A program made the position numbers and the translations under genes. A DNA stretch of 51,294 nucleotides from Lama guanicoe. Taxonomy: Eukaryota. Below, piece by piece: positions 49,672 to 51,294 of this stretch. Below the pieces are notes generated by a model, which had not been told where the DNA came from, ran no database searches, and was given only the letters and a program-made list of their open reading frames with translations. Numbering within the stretch: the stretch's first letter is position 1; the number at the start of each line of letters is the position of its first letter. The stretch is taken from the NCBI GenBank assembly GCA_013239625.1, contig MU054400.1:3665032-3716325 (forward strand). Direction: 5' to 3'.

Positions 49672-50695
49672 GAGGAGGGAGATATTGTTAAGACGGCGGA
49701 GTAGAAGCACCTTGAACTCAGCTCCTCACAAACATAAAACCACAACTGACTGCTGAACCACCATCAGCAAAAGAGACTAGGACCTATCAAAAGAGATCTT
49801 GTTCAACCGGAGACATACAGAGCGAAGCACCACACCCAATGGCCAACAAGCACATGAAAAGATGCTCAACATCACTAACTGGTAAAGAAATGCAAATCAC
49901 AACTACAATCAGGTATCATCTCACACTGGTCAGAATGACCATCATTTAAAAAGTCTACAAACAATAAACGCTGTAGAGGGTGTGGAGAAAAAGGAACCCT
50001 CCTACACTGTTGGTGGGAATGTAAACTGATGCAGCCACTATGGAGAACAGTATGGAGGTTCCTCAAAAAACTAAAAACAGACCTACCATATGATCCAGCA
50101 ATCCCACTCCTGGGCGTGTATCTGGAAGAAAATATAATTCTGAAAGACACATGTAGGGAAGAGGGTATAGCTTAGCAGTAGAGTGCATGCCTAGCACACA
50201 CAAGGTCCTAGGTTCAATCCCCAGTACCTCCATTAGAATAAATAAATAAACCTAATTACCCCTCCCCCCACCAAAAAAAAAGACAAGACACATGTACCCC
50301 AATGTTCACAGCAGCACTATATACAATAGCCAAGACATGGAATCAACCAAAATGTTCATCAATGGATAAAGAAGTTGTGGTATTAAAAAAAATTTTTAAA
50401 AAGTTGTGGTACATGTATGATGGAATATTACTCGGCCATCAAAAGGAATGAAATAATGCTATTTGCAGCAACATGGATGGACCTAGAGATCATCATACTT
50501 AGTGAAGTAAGTCGGACAGAAAAAGATAAATATTATATAACACTTATATGTGGAATCTAAACAAAAGTGATACAAATGAACTTATTTACAAAATGGAAAC
50601 AGTCTCACAGACATAGAAAACAAACTTATCATTACCAAAGGGGAAAGGCGGGGAGGGATAAATTAGGAGTTTGGTATTATATAAAATAGATAACC
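49672..50695 (+). mobile_element. L1 with ~165 bp of 5' end fused to ORF2 C-terminus/3' UTR, interrupted by later insertions
   Basis: aagacggcggagtagaagc 5' start alignable with 33482-33640; switches at ~49839 to atggccaacaagcacatgaaaagatgctc. Confidence 0.85.
50156..50284 (+). mobile_element. vic-1-type SINE inserted in L1
   Basis: Perfect 12-bp TSD aagacacatgta (50144-50155, 50285-50296); ggttcaatcccc B box. Confidence 0.93.
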
Positions 50696-51294
50696 GAGAA
50701 GAGGCAAGATGGAGGAGTAGAAGGACGCTCGTAAGTCACCCTCTCCCACAAATACACCAAGACCCACATCCACAGACCCACTCAGCCAACCAGAGCACCT
50801 GCGGAACTCCGACAGATCATCGCCCTCTTCAAAAGATAAAGACGCCAAAAATCTGGTAGGAGAAAAGGAAAAAAGAAAGAACAAAAGGCAAAGCAGCGCG
50901 GGACAGGTCCCGCGGGGAGGGAGCGGCAAAGGAGGACTGGCGCTCGCTCGCTGGGTCTCCCCTCTCCGACTGAGCGGCCAGTGGGATGGAGGGGGAGCCT
51001 CCGAGACTCTGATCTGTATAGACCAGCCCTTGATCGACAGAATTGAGTTAAACGGGCACAGACGGTCCTCGCAACACCCAGCCCAAGACGCAGACCAGCA
51101 GCTGGGGGCAGGGCCAGGCTGCCCAAGCCGGGCAGAGGACGGGGCGGCTGCACGGAGGCAGCCCCGAAACAGCCTGGCCATGAAACAACAAGGCTGATGT
51201 GCCCTGGGGGGAAGGGTGCATACCCCCATCTCTGAAAACCCACGGAAAGTTTTCAGGGGAAAAGAGGCGGGGCTCAGACACAGCCGCGCCGCTA
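50696..51294 (+). mobile_element. 5' UTR of a young L1, running off the window edge
   Basis: gagaagaggcaagatggaggagtagaaggacg start; CpG-rich; interrupts the 3' UTR of an older L1 after aaaatagataacc. Confidence 0.85.

Noticed and set aside
30481..51294. GOLM1 exons 1-3 (TM anchor, furin site)
   Set aside because: I found no matching sequence by eye; they probably lie beyond the right edge.
1..51294. CRISPR arrays, operons or other prokaryotic/viral systems
   Set aside because: No regularly spaced repeats or gene-dense segments; the window reads as mammalian exon-intron DNA and repeats throughout.

Overview
Mammalian genomic DNA, very probably from a camelid (alpaca, llama or camel), judged from eight copies of the tRNA-derived vic-1-type SINE. 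It holds two convergent genes. The last two coding exons and 3' UTR of NAA35 (MAK10) are on + (514-~1865). The last seven coding exons and 3' UTR of GOLM1 (GP73/GOLPH2) are on - (30480 down to ~6370), giving 897 in-frame coding nt with GT-AG sites and consistent phases. The GOLM1 5' exons lie beyond the right edge. The rest is intron/intergenic sequence dense in L1, L2, MIR, MLT/MER21 LTR and MER/Tigger relics. Almost all ORFs in the supplied track are artefacts of GC-rich DNA or repeats. I found no convincing undescribed gene system. The best leads are an intragenic CpG island over GOLM1 exons 7-8 with GC-shifted protein sequence, a young L1 5' UTR with a long antisense ATG ORF, an L1 reduced to 5' end plus 3' end, a ~42-bp target-site duplication and sense-oriented L1 poly(A) signals in GOLM1 introns. 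Human comparisons, exon numbers and repeat subfamily names are recalled from memory, not from database searches, and repeat boundaries are approximate.
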